DNA of 64,000 nucleotides from Escherichia coli (GTDB lineage Bacteria; Pseudomonadota; Gammaproteobacteria; Enterobacterales; Enterobacteriaceae): NCBI RefSeq assembly GCF_011045215.1, contig NZ_CP049202.1; one strand, 5' to 3'. Shown piece by piece: positions 1 to 10,945 of this stretch (position 1 is its first letter; each line of letters starts with the position of its first letter). The notes under the pieces were generated by a model. It saw only the letters and a program-made list of their open reading frames with translations, ran no database searches and was not told where the DNA came from. The position numbers and the translations under genes were made by a program.

Positions 1-978
1 GTGGATAAGTCGTCCGGTGAACTGGTGACACTGACACCAAACAATAACAACACCGTACAACCTGTGGCGCTGATGCGTCTGGGCGTTTTTGTACCGACCC
101 TTAAATCACTGAAGAACAGTAAAAAAAATACACTGTCACGTACTGATGCCACGGAAGAGCTGACACGTCTTTCCCTGGCCCGTGCTGAGGGATTCGATAA
201 GGTTGAGATCACTGGCCCCCGCCTGGATATGGATAACGATTTCAAGACCTGGGTGGGGATCATTCATTCCTTTGCCCGCCATAACGTGACTGGTGACAAA
301 GTTGAACTGCCTTTTGTTGAGTTTGCAAAACTGTGTGGTATACCTTCAAGCCAGTCATCCCGCAGGCTACGTGAGCGCATCAGCCCTTCCCTGAAGCGCA
401 TTGCCGGTACCGTGATCTCGTTTTCCCGTACCGATGAGAAGCACACCCGGGAATACATCACCCATCTGGTACAGTCAGCCTACTACGATACTGAACGGGA
501 TATTGTTCAGTTACAGGCTGATCCCCGCCTTTTTGAACTGTACCAGTTTGACAGAAAGGTCCTTCTTCAGCTTAAGGCGATTAATGCCCTGAAGCGACGG
601 GAGTCCGCCCAGGCACTTTACACCTTTATAGAGAGCCTGCCCCGGGATCCGGCACCAATATCGCTGGCGCGGCTGCGTGCACGCCTCAATCTGAAGTCTC
701 CTGTATTTTCCCAGAACCAGACGGTCAGACGGGCAATGGAGCAGCTGCGCGAGATTGGATATCTTGATTACACGGAGATCCAGCGGGGGCGGACAAAACT
801 CTTCTGCATTCACTACCGGCGTCCCCGGTTAAAAGCACCGAATGATGAGAGTAAGGAAAATCCGTTGCCACCTTCACCTGCGGAAAAAGTCAGTCCGGAG
901 ATGGCGGAGAAGCTTGCCCTGCTTGAGAAACTGGGCATCACGCTGGATGACCTGGAAAAACTCTTCAAATCCCGCTGA
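1..978 (+). CDS. repA: Plasmid replication initiator, RepFIB-type RepA; starts with GTG at the window edge, so the 5' end may be incomplete
   Basis: 325-aa ORF recognised as a RepFIB-class initiator; followed immediately by iteron-like direct repeats. Confidence 0.75.
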   Translation: MDKSSGELVTLTPNNNNTVQPVALMRLGVFVPTLKSLKNSKKNTLSRTDATEELTRLSLARAEGFDKVEITGPRLDMDNDFKTWVGIIHSFARHNVTGDKVELPFVEFAKLCGIPSSQSSRRLRERISPSLKRIAGTVISFSRTDEKHTREYITHLVQSAYYDTERDIVQLQADPRLFELYQFDRKVLLQLKAINALKRRESAQALYTFIESLPRDPAPISLARLRARLNLKSPVFSQNQTVRRAMEQLREIGYLDYTEIQRGRTKLFCIHYRRPRLKAPNDESKENPLPPSPAEKVSPEMAEKLALLEKLGITLDDLEKLFKSR

Positions 979-1010
979 ACATAAACTGTAGTCAGTGAAG
1001 AGTGCTCCTT

Positions 1011-1257
1011 TACTGACTACAGCTTATATTATCAGGTGCAGTGAGTGGTCTGCTCACTGCAGTTTATATTCAGTTTCCTGCAGTGCTGCCTGTGGCTGAG
1101 CTGCCATCTGCCTATCCCTTACGTAAGTGATCCCGTAACCTGATGCTGAGGCATTGCTCCCTTCATAAAACATGGTTTACTCACTACAGCTTATCTACCT
1201 GCTCCAGCTTATGTTATGTCTGTTCTGCTGACCACTGCTTATATAAGGAAGTGCCGT
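1011..1257. repeat. Iteron-like direct repeats downstream of rep gene (about 5 copies of a CACTACAGCTTATAT-like core)
   Basis: Related 15-17 bp cores at 1011-1030, 1054-1070, 1180-1196, 1201-1217, 1241-1257. Confidence 0.6.
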
Positions 1258-1997
1258 TACTTCAGGGGAGGCAGTGTACGCAGGATCTCCGCAGCATCCC
1301 GCCCGTCACCTGTGAAAGGCACTGCCAGCGTGGCAGCCATATCCAGTGCAAACACTCTGGTATAAACCTCCATAGAACGTGGATCCCTGTGACCAGCCAG
1401 TGCCTGGATGACTTTCCGGGGCTGGCGGTGATAGAGCATGTGCATGATATAGCTGTGCCGGAAGGTGTGTGGTGTGACCGGAATCGAAAAGTGTACTCCG
1501 TCAGCTTCGGCCCGTCTGACAGCCTGCTTCAGCCAGTTGCGCATGGTTTCGTCGGTCACGGCCCATAATGGTTCACGACGACGGGGGCGGGTGGTGATCA
1601 TCCAGCTTTCCATCTGCCTGACATAGCTTATATCCGTCAGCGGAACCAGGCGGACTTCATCTTTTGGCGGGCGTCCGCGTCGCGCACGCACTTTTTCGGA
1701 CAGGATCCGCACAAACGGTCTTACTCCACCCAGGTCAAATGATTCCGGCGTCAGCATCCGGGCTTCGCCAATACGCATTCCGGTATTCCAGAGGGTGGCG
1801 AACAGCATATGGTGACGCTGATCCGGCATATAGAAAAGAAGGGCACTCACTTCCGGGGCCAGCAGGTAGGCCGGTGTGGCCCCCGTGGAAGTGGCCATTC
1901 TTCTCAGGGAGAGCGCTGTTGCAAAATCCACCCCCGGCGCAATGGGTAACAGGGAGACGCGTTCTGGTGAATTCTGCAGGGGAATGACATTGTTCAT
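1257..1997 (-). CDS. Tyrosine site-specific recombinase (phage-integrase family), plasmid resolution/integration
   Basis: 246-aa ORF with C-terminal catalytic region resembling the R..H-x-x-R..Y signature (HTFRHSY ... [14 protein letters not shown]). Confidence 0.8.
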   Translation of the reverse strand: MNNVIPLQNSPERVSLLPIAPGVDFATALSLRRMATSTGATPAYLLAPEVSALLFYMPDQRHHMLFATLWNTGMRIGEARMLTPESFDLGGVRPFVRILSEKVRARRGRPPKDEVRLVPLTDISYVRQMESWMITTRPRRREPLWAVTDETMRNWLKQAVRRAEADGVHFSIPVTPHTFRHSYIMHMLYHRQPRKVIQALAGHRDPRSMEVYTRVFALDMAATLAVPFTGDGRDAAEILRTLPPLK

Positions 1998-3702
1998 GAG
2001 TTATTTTTCACGTAGCACACGCACTGTTTATGGATACAGGTATTCTGACCTGAACGCCCGGATCCTTCCACGACAATAAATCGCAGAGCGCGGATCCTTT
2101 TGTTTGCTTATCACGCATTATTGCGGGTAAAACCAAATACGTAAAGGCGCGTTTTGCCGCAGGGATCCTGTCTTAAGCCAGTCATGGTGCGGGCTGAGGA
2201 CTGGTTTGCCGTTTTTGGGAGAATTGGGAGAATTGGGGTAATGCCAGGATGAATGGGATCGGAGAATACAGAGAAAGGGAGAAGGTGCACAACGTGGTTG
2301 TTGACCACAGCCTGTTGAGATGACGACCAGCATCCTGTGCTGACTTAATATATGGATAATAATAATTTCAGTATCAGCCTGCAGAAATAAAGAATATACT
2401 CATACAATGAGTAGTGCGCAGATATATTTCCCCTGTTCAGGACAGGAAATGCCAATATATACAGGTGTATATAACCTGAAAAATACCACTAATTAGTAAG
2501 AAAACCTCCAGTATTTTACATTTGAGATAATCGGGGCAATGTCTGAACGGGACTGTGCGCTGTATGGATTCTGTTCTGGTATACCAGGCCAGTTTTCACA
2601 TAACAAATCAATATGGTTGTTAAGTTTTTGAATCTGTAAACCTGCGACAACGTCACTTGCTCGGTTTCCGACATCATTTATTTTTTCTTCGGTAATTTTT
2701 TGTACTGTCAGCGTTAAGGCTTATTTCGCTGTATTCAGCACCAACTGAAGCTTTAATCCTCTCGCTCCAGTTTGTAAGTGATCTCCCCTAGATAAGTATC
2801 AGCATCCTATCCCAAATTTTTTGCTATAATACTTCATAAAACATATCTAGCTTAACATGAATCGTTTCAAAAAAATGAAAAAATTAGGGATAGCAACATG
2901 TTCCTGACCGCCACGCCTGTACCGGTAAGAATGTCACAAAAAGCAAAAACAAGAACTGAATATACATTTATACTTTATTAACAGTTATTGGTTCTTACAT
3001 TCTGATCTCATCATTAGTGACTTTTGGATTATATTTGTATTTTTCCGCACTTCGGTGCGGTTTTTTATGACAGAAAACAAAGTAAGTGACGTAAAACTGA
3101 ATCAAGAAAATTCGCCTTCAGATCAGATACAAGCTTCTTCCGTTTCATCTCCCTGACAGCCAGTCAACTGCTGTGACAAGCCGAAAAGCAATAGCCAATA
3201 CTCACAGTCAGAAACAGGAAAGTTTCCAGTCTACCGTACCATCCCGTAAGGCACTCTCTACTCCTCAGCGATATTATGTGTGTTGAATCTCCAGTCAGTG
3301 ATTTGGCCGACGAGTCGTATGCCCACAACAATACGGATAACCCCTTCAGCACTCACCTGCTGATGAAATGAAACATTGATGAACCTGTCTGTTCACCAAA
3401 TGCCTAGAGAAATAGTGATTTATCTGAATGCAGTAAATAATGGCAAATCTATTCTATTATAGACTACAACCTGATAATACTTCTTGATAAACTGAACTGG
3501 TGTCAGCCATTACTATCCCATCTTAGCGTACAATATTGTACCCATGGTCGCATATTAAACGACCATGGGCCAGAAAGTATCCCTTTCGCACGCAGAACAG
3601 GCTGGAGCTCTCTGTTGAGAAGAACTACAAACAAGTATGGTTTATACTACGATATTAATTTTACAAAAATTAAACAGTTTTATAAAATTGTTTATTGTAA
3701 GT

Positions 3703-4431
3703 TTATTCCAAAGTATATTTTTGCATTCCTCCCCAGTCATTAACTGCCTGCACCATTATTGTTCCGTTCAGGGACAGATGTCCCAGTGCCACTTCACTCT
3801 TTGGTGCAAACTGAGAAATCTTATCCATTACCGTATCACTTAGTTTTACTGGTTGTCCGTTTACAGTTATTCCGGTTACAGCAAAATAGTAAGGCGTTGG
3901 ATTTACCAAGTATGTTTCAGTTCCACGATGTATTATTTGCATTTTTTTCTCGGCATCATGACGTCCTGTAACTAAGGCTTTCGGTCGATAAATCAACTTT
4001 ACTTTTGTATTCACGGCTACCGCCAGAACATTACCTTCAGAAACTTTTGGCTTCGGAGGAATCTCCTGAACATTCAGCCAGAACAAGGATTCTCTGTCTG
4101 ATGGCAGGACACTGGCAGTTCTCATGATACGAATAATTTGCTTTTCTTTTGGCCTGACTTTAAAAAACGGAGGTGCAGGTACCATATAGACCATACCATT
4201 ATTTTGAGTGGTATTGTTTATCCATACCTGACCACCAAAAGTTTCGTCCGCCTGGTTAGTTACTTCAAATGAAATATTCTTTTTCCCTTCCTCATAGATA
4301 AAACGAGTTCCATTCAACACAAAAGCTGCCATTGCTTGCCCACTTACAACTAAGGACAACAGGAACACAAGTCCCCCTCTCGCAATCTTATTCACAATAA
4401 ACCTCCTGAACTTTTCCGGAATTGGGTACAA
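3703..4431 (-). CDS. Fimbrial periplasmic chaperone (PapD-like)
   Basis: 242-aa ORF with signal peptide and typical pilus-chaperone sequence; directly downstream of usher on the same strand. Confidence 0.85.
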   Translation of the reverse strand: MYPIPEKFRRFIVNKIARGGLVFLLSLVVSGQAMAAFVLNGTRFIYEEGKKNISFEVTNQADETFGGQVWINNTTQNNGMVYMVPAPPFFKVRPKEKQIIRIMRTASVLPSDRESLFWLNVQEIPPKPKVSEGNVLAVAVNTKVKLIYRPKALVTGRHDAEKKMQIIHRGTETYLVNPTPYYFAVTGITVNGQPVKLSDTVMDKISQFAPKSEVALGHLSLNGTIMVQAVNDWGGMQKYTLE

Positions 4432-6796
4432 TACCTTTCACTGAAAAATGACAGACACTGTCATCTCCCCGCTTAACAGTGATCTGTGATGGAGCACTTA
4501 ACATGTTCATCAGTAGTACACCGTTTCCAGCTATAAATCCTGCATCCAGTCCCTGCTCTGTCTGTGCACTTCCCCCGTTAAGTACCCGACCATCCCGTTC
4601 TTTCACCTGTAAGATGTAACGCAACACATGCTCTGCACCAAATTCCCGGTAAACAACAGCACTTTCTGTCGGAACTACATTATAGGATGTAGTTTGTAGC
4701 TCCAGGTTGTCTGGTACATTCTCCATATTTACACTGACCTGGTTCAAAGAATAATCCGACAGGCTCACTACAGTGTAGCCTTTACTATTGGTCGGTGCCG
4801 AACCATTCACCTGCACACCTTTTACATTCGGAATGCGTACCACTCCCAGCGTATTACTGGTCTCCTTTGTCATCAACAGACCACTGTCTGTTGTCCCCAG
4901 AATTGTGCCACTCACACTACCTGATAACGTTGTAGCGTCTCGATCTTTTGTTACCGCCATATTGGTCTGAATAGCATCAAAACCATAAGATAAATTAGCA
5001 CTCAAACTACGGGTTTTCCTGTTGGTCAAATTCGTGTTCAAGCTGTAACTTAAACGCTCTGTTGGACTTGCAGATACTCCACTATTCAGCCCCAACTGAC
5101 CACTACGATCATAACTTAGACCCGTTGTGTTATAATAACGAACCCCTCCTAATGTGAACGGAATACTAAAAGAAAGCGATGTACTATAATCTGCCTTGTC
5201 CAGATATGGACGCTTACTGTAACTACCGTTCAGAAAAACAGATACACCATCAAAAACAGTGGTACTAAAGGAAATATCACCACCAATAGCTTTTCCGTTC
5301 AGCCACCAGTAATCTTCCTGCCACCCAGACAAGCTGAGATTACTATTTCCCAGTCGCCGGGACACCCGCATTTCATAACGGGATTTCGTGTTATAACGGG
5401 TATATCGGTCAGTACTGTAAAAATCCGCAAACTCCACATATCCCTTACTCTGGTAACGATACGCCAGTAGCTGAAGGTCTGTGGTATCAGAGAAACTTTT
5501 TGCATACTTGGCACTGACACTGTGACCGTGCTTCTTATCACCATTATCATACTCTGCATGAGACAGGTTCACTCCCGCTGACACTGCCCCGAAGCTCCCC
5601 AGCGACTGGGTCACACTCACCCCTCCCGCCTTATATTTACCATGTAAAATAGAGGCAACATTAAGAGTGGTCGTATCAAAACCATATCCCAGACTCCCCA
5701 TCCAGAACATTCCTGACTCACCGTCTGCAAAAGGTTCTTTCAGCTTGTAATTACTGGATTTGCGTCCTGCTGCCAAGTTATATTCAATTTCTCCGGGACG
5801 CAGCAGTGTCGGGAGAGTGGTGACCGGATATGTTGTGGTAGTTTTTCGGCCTGACGCATCCTCCACTGTTACCACAAGGTCACCGTTCCCTACGGCGCGG
5901 ACATCATCCAGCTGGTACGGGCCAGGTGGCACAACCTTCGAATAAATAGTGTATCCACTCTGGGTAATGGTGATCCGGGAACTGGAGTTGGCCACACCAG
6001 AAATAAGCGGAGCATAGCCCCGTGCCTCCCAAGGTTGCATATTACTATTGGAGCGCAGCGCTGCCCCGTAAAAACCAAAATCAGTAAAAAGTGAGTTCCG
6101 GGTCTGGGATTTCCCCAGCAACAAATCCCCCTGAATCTTACTGATGGCTGTTGAAAGAGTGATATCCCGGGCAGTGAACTCACCTGAGCCGTCAGAATAC
6201 CGCGACGCACTCATGTTACTGTCCAGCACCCAGCGCCCGAAATTGACCATCAGGTCAGCATTCGCATAGGCACTGGTACTTTGCCCCGATGTCTGCGAGG
6301 CATTAGCTGAGTACTTCAGGCGAACTGCCGGTACGCCGTAATCCCAGCGACTGGGATCCGTCTTGTTGACTAAAAACGTCTGGGGGATACTGAATACTAA
6401 ACTTTGGGAACCATAGCTGAAATCCACTTTTGTATAAGGATTACGACTGAGAACGTAACACTGCTTTGCTGCATCAAAAGTGGATACATACCCTTCCAGG
6501 CGAACAGGAACCCTTGCTGTTTTCAACCAATCTGCAGTTAAACACAGGGCGTTCGCTGATTCTTCCTGCGGCGTAATAGACAAATGGGCCTTACCCACGT
6601 TTTCCTGATTAACAATGACATCAACATAATACTGTCCTGCCGGATAATTAGAACCTGACTTTAATACAGAAGGAATAGTACTCATACCCTGTAAAAAATC
6701 CAGGTTTAGTTCTGAGTCATTACCTGCAAAAGAAAAGTGTGAAACTAATGCAAGACTCAACGTAGATAGTTTAAATAAACGTTGATGAAATAACAC
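4388..6796 (-). CDS. Fimbrial outer-membrane usher
   Basis: 802-aa ORF with signal peptide and usher-like N-terminus; sits between subunit and chaperone. Confidence 0.9.
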   Translation of the reverse strand: MLFHQRLFKLSTLSLALVSHFSFAGNDSELNLDFLQGMSTIPSVLKSGSNYPAGQYYVDVIVNQENVGKAHLSITPQEESANALCLTADWLKTARVPVRLEGYVSTFDAAKQCYVLSRNPYTKVDFSYGSQSLVFSIPQTFLVNKTDPSRWDYGVPAVRLKYSANASQTSGQSTSAYANADLMVNFGRWVLDSNMSASRYSDGSGEFTARDITLSTAISKIQGDLLLGKSQTRNSLFTDFGFYGAALRSNSNMQPWEARGYAPLISGVANSSSRITITQSGYTIYSKVVPPGPYQLDDVRAVGNGDLVVTVEDASGRKTTTTYPVTTLPTLLRPGEIEYNLAAGRKSSNYKLKEPFADGESGMFWMGSLGYGFDTTTLNVASILHGKYKAGGVSVTQSLGSFGAVSAGVNLSHAEYDNGDKKHGHSVSAKYAKSFSDTTDLQLLAYRYQSKGYVEFADFYSTDRYTRYNTKSRYEMRVSRRLGNSNLSLSGWQEDYWWLNGKAIGGDISFSTTVFDGVSVFLNGSYSKRPYLDKADYSTSLSFSIPFTLGGVRYYNTTGLSYDRSGQLGLNSGVSASPTERLSYSLNTNLTNRKTRSLSANLSYGFDAIQTNMAVTKDRDATTLSGSVSGTILGTTDSGLLMTKETSNTLGVVRIPNVKGVQVNGSAPTNSKGYTVVSLSDYSLNQVSVNMENVPDNLELQTTSYNVVPTESAVVYREFGAEHVLRYILQVKERDGRVLNGGSAQTEQGLDAGFIAGNGVLLMNMLSAPSQITVKRGDDSVCHFSVKGIVPNSGKVQEVYCE

Positions 6797-6899
6797 GCCC
6801 CCTCCTCTCAGGAACTTTTAAAATCCCCTGCATACCATCAGATAATTAAATAATTGGAGATATAAGCGGAAGTGGGGATGTAATCAACTCACTATGTAG

Positions 6900-6992
6900 A
6901 GTCACAAAAATATCAAGTCTGGAGAGACACAATACAAGTATTGTGTCTCTCCGAAAAAAATAAAACAGGGTTCTGTTTTATTTAATGGCTAA
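6900..6992 (-). terminator. Intergenic stem-loops between fimbrial major-subunit gene and usher (candidate partial terminator/attenuator)
   Basis: On the minus strand: AAAACAG/CTGTTTT stem followed by a T-run, then a perfect 15-bp inverted repeat GGAGAGACACAATAC/GTATTGTGTCTCTCC. Confidence 0.4.
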
Positions 6993-7523
6993 TTATTTAT
7001 AAGCCACTGCGAAAGATGCTACAGATTTGAAGTCACCTTCAGTAGCGCCACCTTTCAACTTGGCTTGGAATTTTAGACCGTCAGTGTTCAGAACATCACC
7101 GCTAAATTCCACAGTGCTGGCATTTACATTCACAGCCTTATTAGGAGTTTTTGCATTCAGGTTATTGACCATAACAGTAGCATCTGTTGCTGCGCCGCTG
7201 GTTGCACCAAAACCATCAGCATTCAGAGCAGCTGAAGCCCAAGAGACAGTGACAGTTTTAGTAGCATCTAACCCTTTACACCCTGGATCATTCGGGTTAG
7301 CAGGCTTCATGGCAAAATTAACAGGCGTACCTTCCTGATTTACCGCAACAGTACCTAACTGAACAACTTGGTTTGGCTGAACGGCACCATTTACAGAAGT
7401 AGTTAAATTACAAGTCGTTGTGTTGACAGCGCCTAAGAAAGTTACTTCGTTGTCAGCTGCATGAGCTACAGTTCCACTCATAATCCCCATACCAACAATA
7501 GATGCAATAATATATTTTTTCAT
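6993..7523 (-). CDS. Fimbrial major subunit (pilin)
   Basis: 176-aa ORF with signal peptide (…GTVAHA), Cys pair and C-terminal FAVAYK; first gene of subunit-usher-chaperone order (K88/K99-like arrangement). Confidence 0.75.
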   Translation of the reverse strand: MKKYIIASIVGMGIMSGTVAHAADNEVTFLGAVNTTTCNLTTSVNGAVQPNQVVQLGTVAVNQEGTPVNFAMKPANPNDPGCKGLDATKTVTVSWASAALNADGFGATSGAATDATVMVNNLNAKTPNKAVNVNASTVEFSGDVLNTDGLKFQAKLKGGATEGDFKSVASFAVAYK

Positions 7524-8059
7524 ATTCCCATAAACCTCGGTTTAATATAGAAAATTTTCCTTAATAAAATGAACTCATCTGCATTCGTTGCTTGATGTTG
7601 CTTGATGTTGCTTTTTTACATCATGAAAAAACAACACCAGCGGGACATTGAACATCACCGCCCTAATATTACAAATTAAAAGAAAACCTAATGATTGTCT
7701 TATTGTGCAAAGCAATAATAAAATTGACAAATATATTTCTGGCTCAATGAGAACCATAAAAAAGTTACGTTTTAATTTGACATAATTATCATCTGAACTG
7801 CGAAATATTGAGTTACCAAGAAGTAAACTACAGAAAACGCGATATGTTATAGTGGAAGCGAAAACGCATTGAGATACAAATAACCTAGTTGTACCTCAAA
7901 TGGGCTATCAATTTTATCACTGTATCAAAAGATAAATCACCAATAGCGATGCTGAATACGCCGAAGAAAGCAGGAAGGAACATATCTAATGATACAGTAT
8001 TTATGGTGGGAATAATGTGACTTCATATTCCATGGCAACACTAACTATTGAGTATCCAT

Positions 8060-8200
8060 GTCACTAATACCCGCCGTAAAGAGTGTTTTGTAATCTCCCG
8101 GAACACTTCTTATCTTCAATGTAGTGACTCCGTCAATTGAATTTGAGCACAAGAATACACTAACGCAAACTCCCAATAAGATTGTTCATTAAACTTCCCC
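8060..8200 (-). pseudogene. Truncated 5' fragment (about 35 codons plus upstream region) homologous to start of the 10946..11773 gene
   Basis: Nucleotide stretch 8100-8190 closely matches 11660-11760; the upstream ~100 bp is also shared with 11770-11900. Confidence 0.55.
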
Positions 8201-8325
8201 TTCTTATGCTCACCAAAGTAAAAAACATCTACTACTGCTTGTAATCAGTAATCAATTTTTACCCTCTATCTTATACTACTCTTAATATCGTTACTCCATT
8301 CCAGTCAGCCTTTTTGTAACCATTC

Positions 8326-8925
8326 TCAGCGATAAACAACATCAAATGCCAGTGTGGTACTTACCGGCCCTCCTGGTGCCGTGGACAAAATACTGGTCAC
8401 CGGTTTCAGTGTACAGCTGTTTCTCACGGAGCCTGATGTGACTCCCTCACAGAATGGTGTCAGTGAGATACTGCCGGCACTGTCTCCCATCGGAGCCAGG
8501 TTTCCATTCTGTAATGTCAGCCACAACTCACCACTTTTAACTGTCGGATTATCCACAGAATACAGATCTACATGATTTGCGTTTGCCTGAATTGCCCCTG
8601 CAGGCCGCAGTGTCAATGCGGTCTTCACTTCCGAATCACCATCACAAGTCACTACAGCCTGAAAAGGTGGGTGGTTCTGGGTTTGTCCTTTCAACAGCGT
8701 TTCCTGGAAGGTATAAGCACTTCCTGACACATTGGCTCCCTCAAAGCTCACTTTACAGGTACTTTGCTGGTTGATTATGGTCACAGGGATAGTGATAACA
8801 GCGCTATTCGCTGTTGGCTTGGTCACTGTTGCTGCCTGACTGGAAGCTGTGGTTGCCAGTAACAATATTTCCGCTATCACAACGAACATCCGACAGTATT
8901 GATGCATATTCATATTTACCCTCAT
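8326..8925 (-). CDS. Fimbrial subunit-like protein (minor subunit candidate)
   Basis: 199-aa ORF with signal peptide, conserved Cys pair, C-terminal FDVVYR strand; intact copy of a duplicated module. Confidence 0.6.
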   Translation of the reverse strand: MRVNMNMHQYCRMFVVIAEILLLATTASSQAATVTKPTANSAVITIPVTIINQQSTCKVSFEGANVSGSAYTFQETLLKGQTQNHPPFQAVVTCDGDSEVKTALTLRPAGAIQANANHVDLYSVDNPTVKSGELWLTLQNGNLAPMGDSAGSISLTPFCEGVTSGSVRNSCTLKPVTSILSTAPGGPVSTTLAFDVVYR

Positions 8926-9164
8926 TACTCCTTTACAGAGATAATGCCCACATTTCTCTGTTGTCGGGCTGTTAAATCTTAAGTATATTTAATGTGCGGG
9001 CTTCTTTTATTATCTATTCGTGCATTATGTTTTTAGTCAGTACTAACAAAGAGCTTCAGCTAAAGTGGTTTATTGTTGAAAGAATTCGAAATTTTAACAG
9101 AATTTATATATTCTTTGATTTTATTGTTGTATATATCTATTTTTTATAGAAAGATTATTTTAAA

Positions 9165-9575
9165 TAAAGGTTTTTGATTTCATATAGCTATATAAAATCT
9201 GTTTTTGCATCTATTAACCTTACTCAGTTCTTCAAATTATTCATCTACTGCTGCCAGTCAGGGATACCCCAATGTTAGTCATGGGGCGATTACTTTAGCA
9301 GGTGATGATGACTATTGTGGGGCAGACAATGTCATTGGACGCAGAACTGTAACTGATGTGACAACAGGAGCCATAACGGCATTTGAACAGTACCAGCGTT
9401 TTATTAATGATACTGAATTCAGTGGCATGCACCCATATGGAACTTCATCCACGGTAGTTAACTGGAGTGGTAATGGTACAACAACCAATAACATCGGTTA
9501 TCAAGGGCCGTTAACGGGTGGGATGACAAATGCTGTGCCCGAGGCGTTTGGTGTGTATTCATGAGCATCCGGGAC
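9165..9575 (+). pseudogene. Orphan N-terminal fragment of trimeric autotransporter adhesin gene (no signal peptide, premature stop)
   Basis: ORF 9205..9564 (119 aa) nearly identical to residues ~35-153 of the 1175-aa TAA at 40385..43912; nucleotide homology begins ~9165 and ends ~9575. Confidence 0.65.
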
Positions 9576-10229
9576 GAAGGCTCTTTATTCTGACTTTGCC
9601 GGACGTACATGCAGGGAAGACTTGCGAAGAAAGTGGAGGCATTGTTTCAGGGAGTACCTCCTCATTACTTTAATTTTTGTACCAATAATGACCAGGAAGG
9701 CGGAACTCCTAGTATTACAGCTTTTAATACGGTGCAAAATCCAAACAGATTGAGTGCTCTGAACGATGATGCTGTTGGAGCATCCATATAGCCCGACAGT
9801 CTGTCGCAAACTTTCACGGATGTTACTGGGTAAAAACGGTGGATACATGAGGAATAGAAGTGTTCTTTTAAACTGCACAGTGCAAAGAAAGTAAAGCCGT
9901 TTTTATTCGATAAGTCACAAAAAGCAAAAACAAAGAAAGAGTGGTTGTTTAAAGTTATTAGCTGAGGGGGGGGGTATTATATTTTCATTGTCCTATCGTC
10001 AATTATATTATGGCACGAACCATACTCAAATATTTCCCAGTTATTTGTTGACTGAGATAATTGTCAATATCGCATGGATGGTGTGTTAAAGGTTGTGTAA
10101 TAATTGTCTTCAAATAATAGAATCTGCCTGCGAGTAGTAGGTGTTTTTAGTGTGCCATCAAATGAACCATTGTCGAGGATCCGATATTCATGGGGCTTGT
10201 TTTATAGAAGATGGTATGGTTGATATATT

Positions 10230-10619
10230 ATGTATGCTAAAATAGAACATATGATAAAGGGAAATATAATTCTGATACTGACTTTTTTTATGATAGTAGC
10301 AATCCTGGTTACTGATATCGGTGTTGCAGCAGAATTAAATACAAAAGTGAATAGAGAAAGTGAGAAAGCGGATTTAAAGACGCTCTCTGTTAATATGAAT
10401 AATCACACGAATGCTCTCAAGAAACATGCAGACAGTGTCAGTAATTCAGTAATATCATCTGTTAAGCAGATGCAGTCAGCGCAACAGAAAAAACTGTTTT
10501 TACAGATGGAAATTGATGAAATACGAAGCCAGATGGGAGGGGTAACAGACATATCAAAGCGAAATGTGTTAAATCAGAAAATTAGCCAACTGGAAAAGGA
10601 GCGAGCCAATATTCGTTGA
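10230..10619 (+). CDS. Hypothetical membrane-anchored coiled-coil protein
   Basis: 129-aa ORF, N-terminal hydrophobic helix then charged/Q-rich heptad-like sequence; AT-rich. Confidence 0.35.
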   Translation: MYAKIEHMIKGNIILILTFFMIVAILVTDIGVAAELNTKVNRESEKADLKTLSVNMNNHTNALKKHADSVSNSVISSVKQMQSAQQKKLFLQMEIDEIRSQMGGVTDISKRNVLNQKISQLEKERANIR

Positions 10620-10653
10620 AAAATAAACCACTTGTATAATATTATCTCTTGGT

Positions 10654-10845
10654 TTGATTTATATTGAAATTTGCACTGCTCATTATGGTAAATCACTTTG
10701 CGGGTACGATAAGTCAATTAGTCTTTTGAAAAACAAAGTAATTAAGAGCGTGACAACCATGTTAAATAAAATTATTTTCATTTTGCTTATTGTTTTTTTG
10801 GCCATTTTTTCTTTATGCATTACTTTGCTAGTTGCATTTGAATAG
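10654..10845 (+). CDS. Hypothetical small membrane protein
   Basis: 63-aa ORF with C-terminal hydrophobic segment; only ORF-level support. Confidence 0.2.
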   Translation: MIYIEICTAHYGKSLCGYDKSISLLKNKVIKSVTTMLNKIIFILLIVFLAIFSLCITLLVAFE

Positions 10846-10945
10846 TTGTCAATTTATTCACAGGCTATTTAAATCACAGCCATTTAAGTAAAAATTTGCA
10901 GATAATGTTTCCGGAAAAACGGGGGCATGATACCCCCTCCTGTTA

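Noticed and set aside
1143-1568. 141-aa plus-strand ORF
   Set aside because: Spans the iteron region and is antisense to the 3' part of the recombinase gene; no independent support
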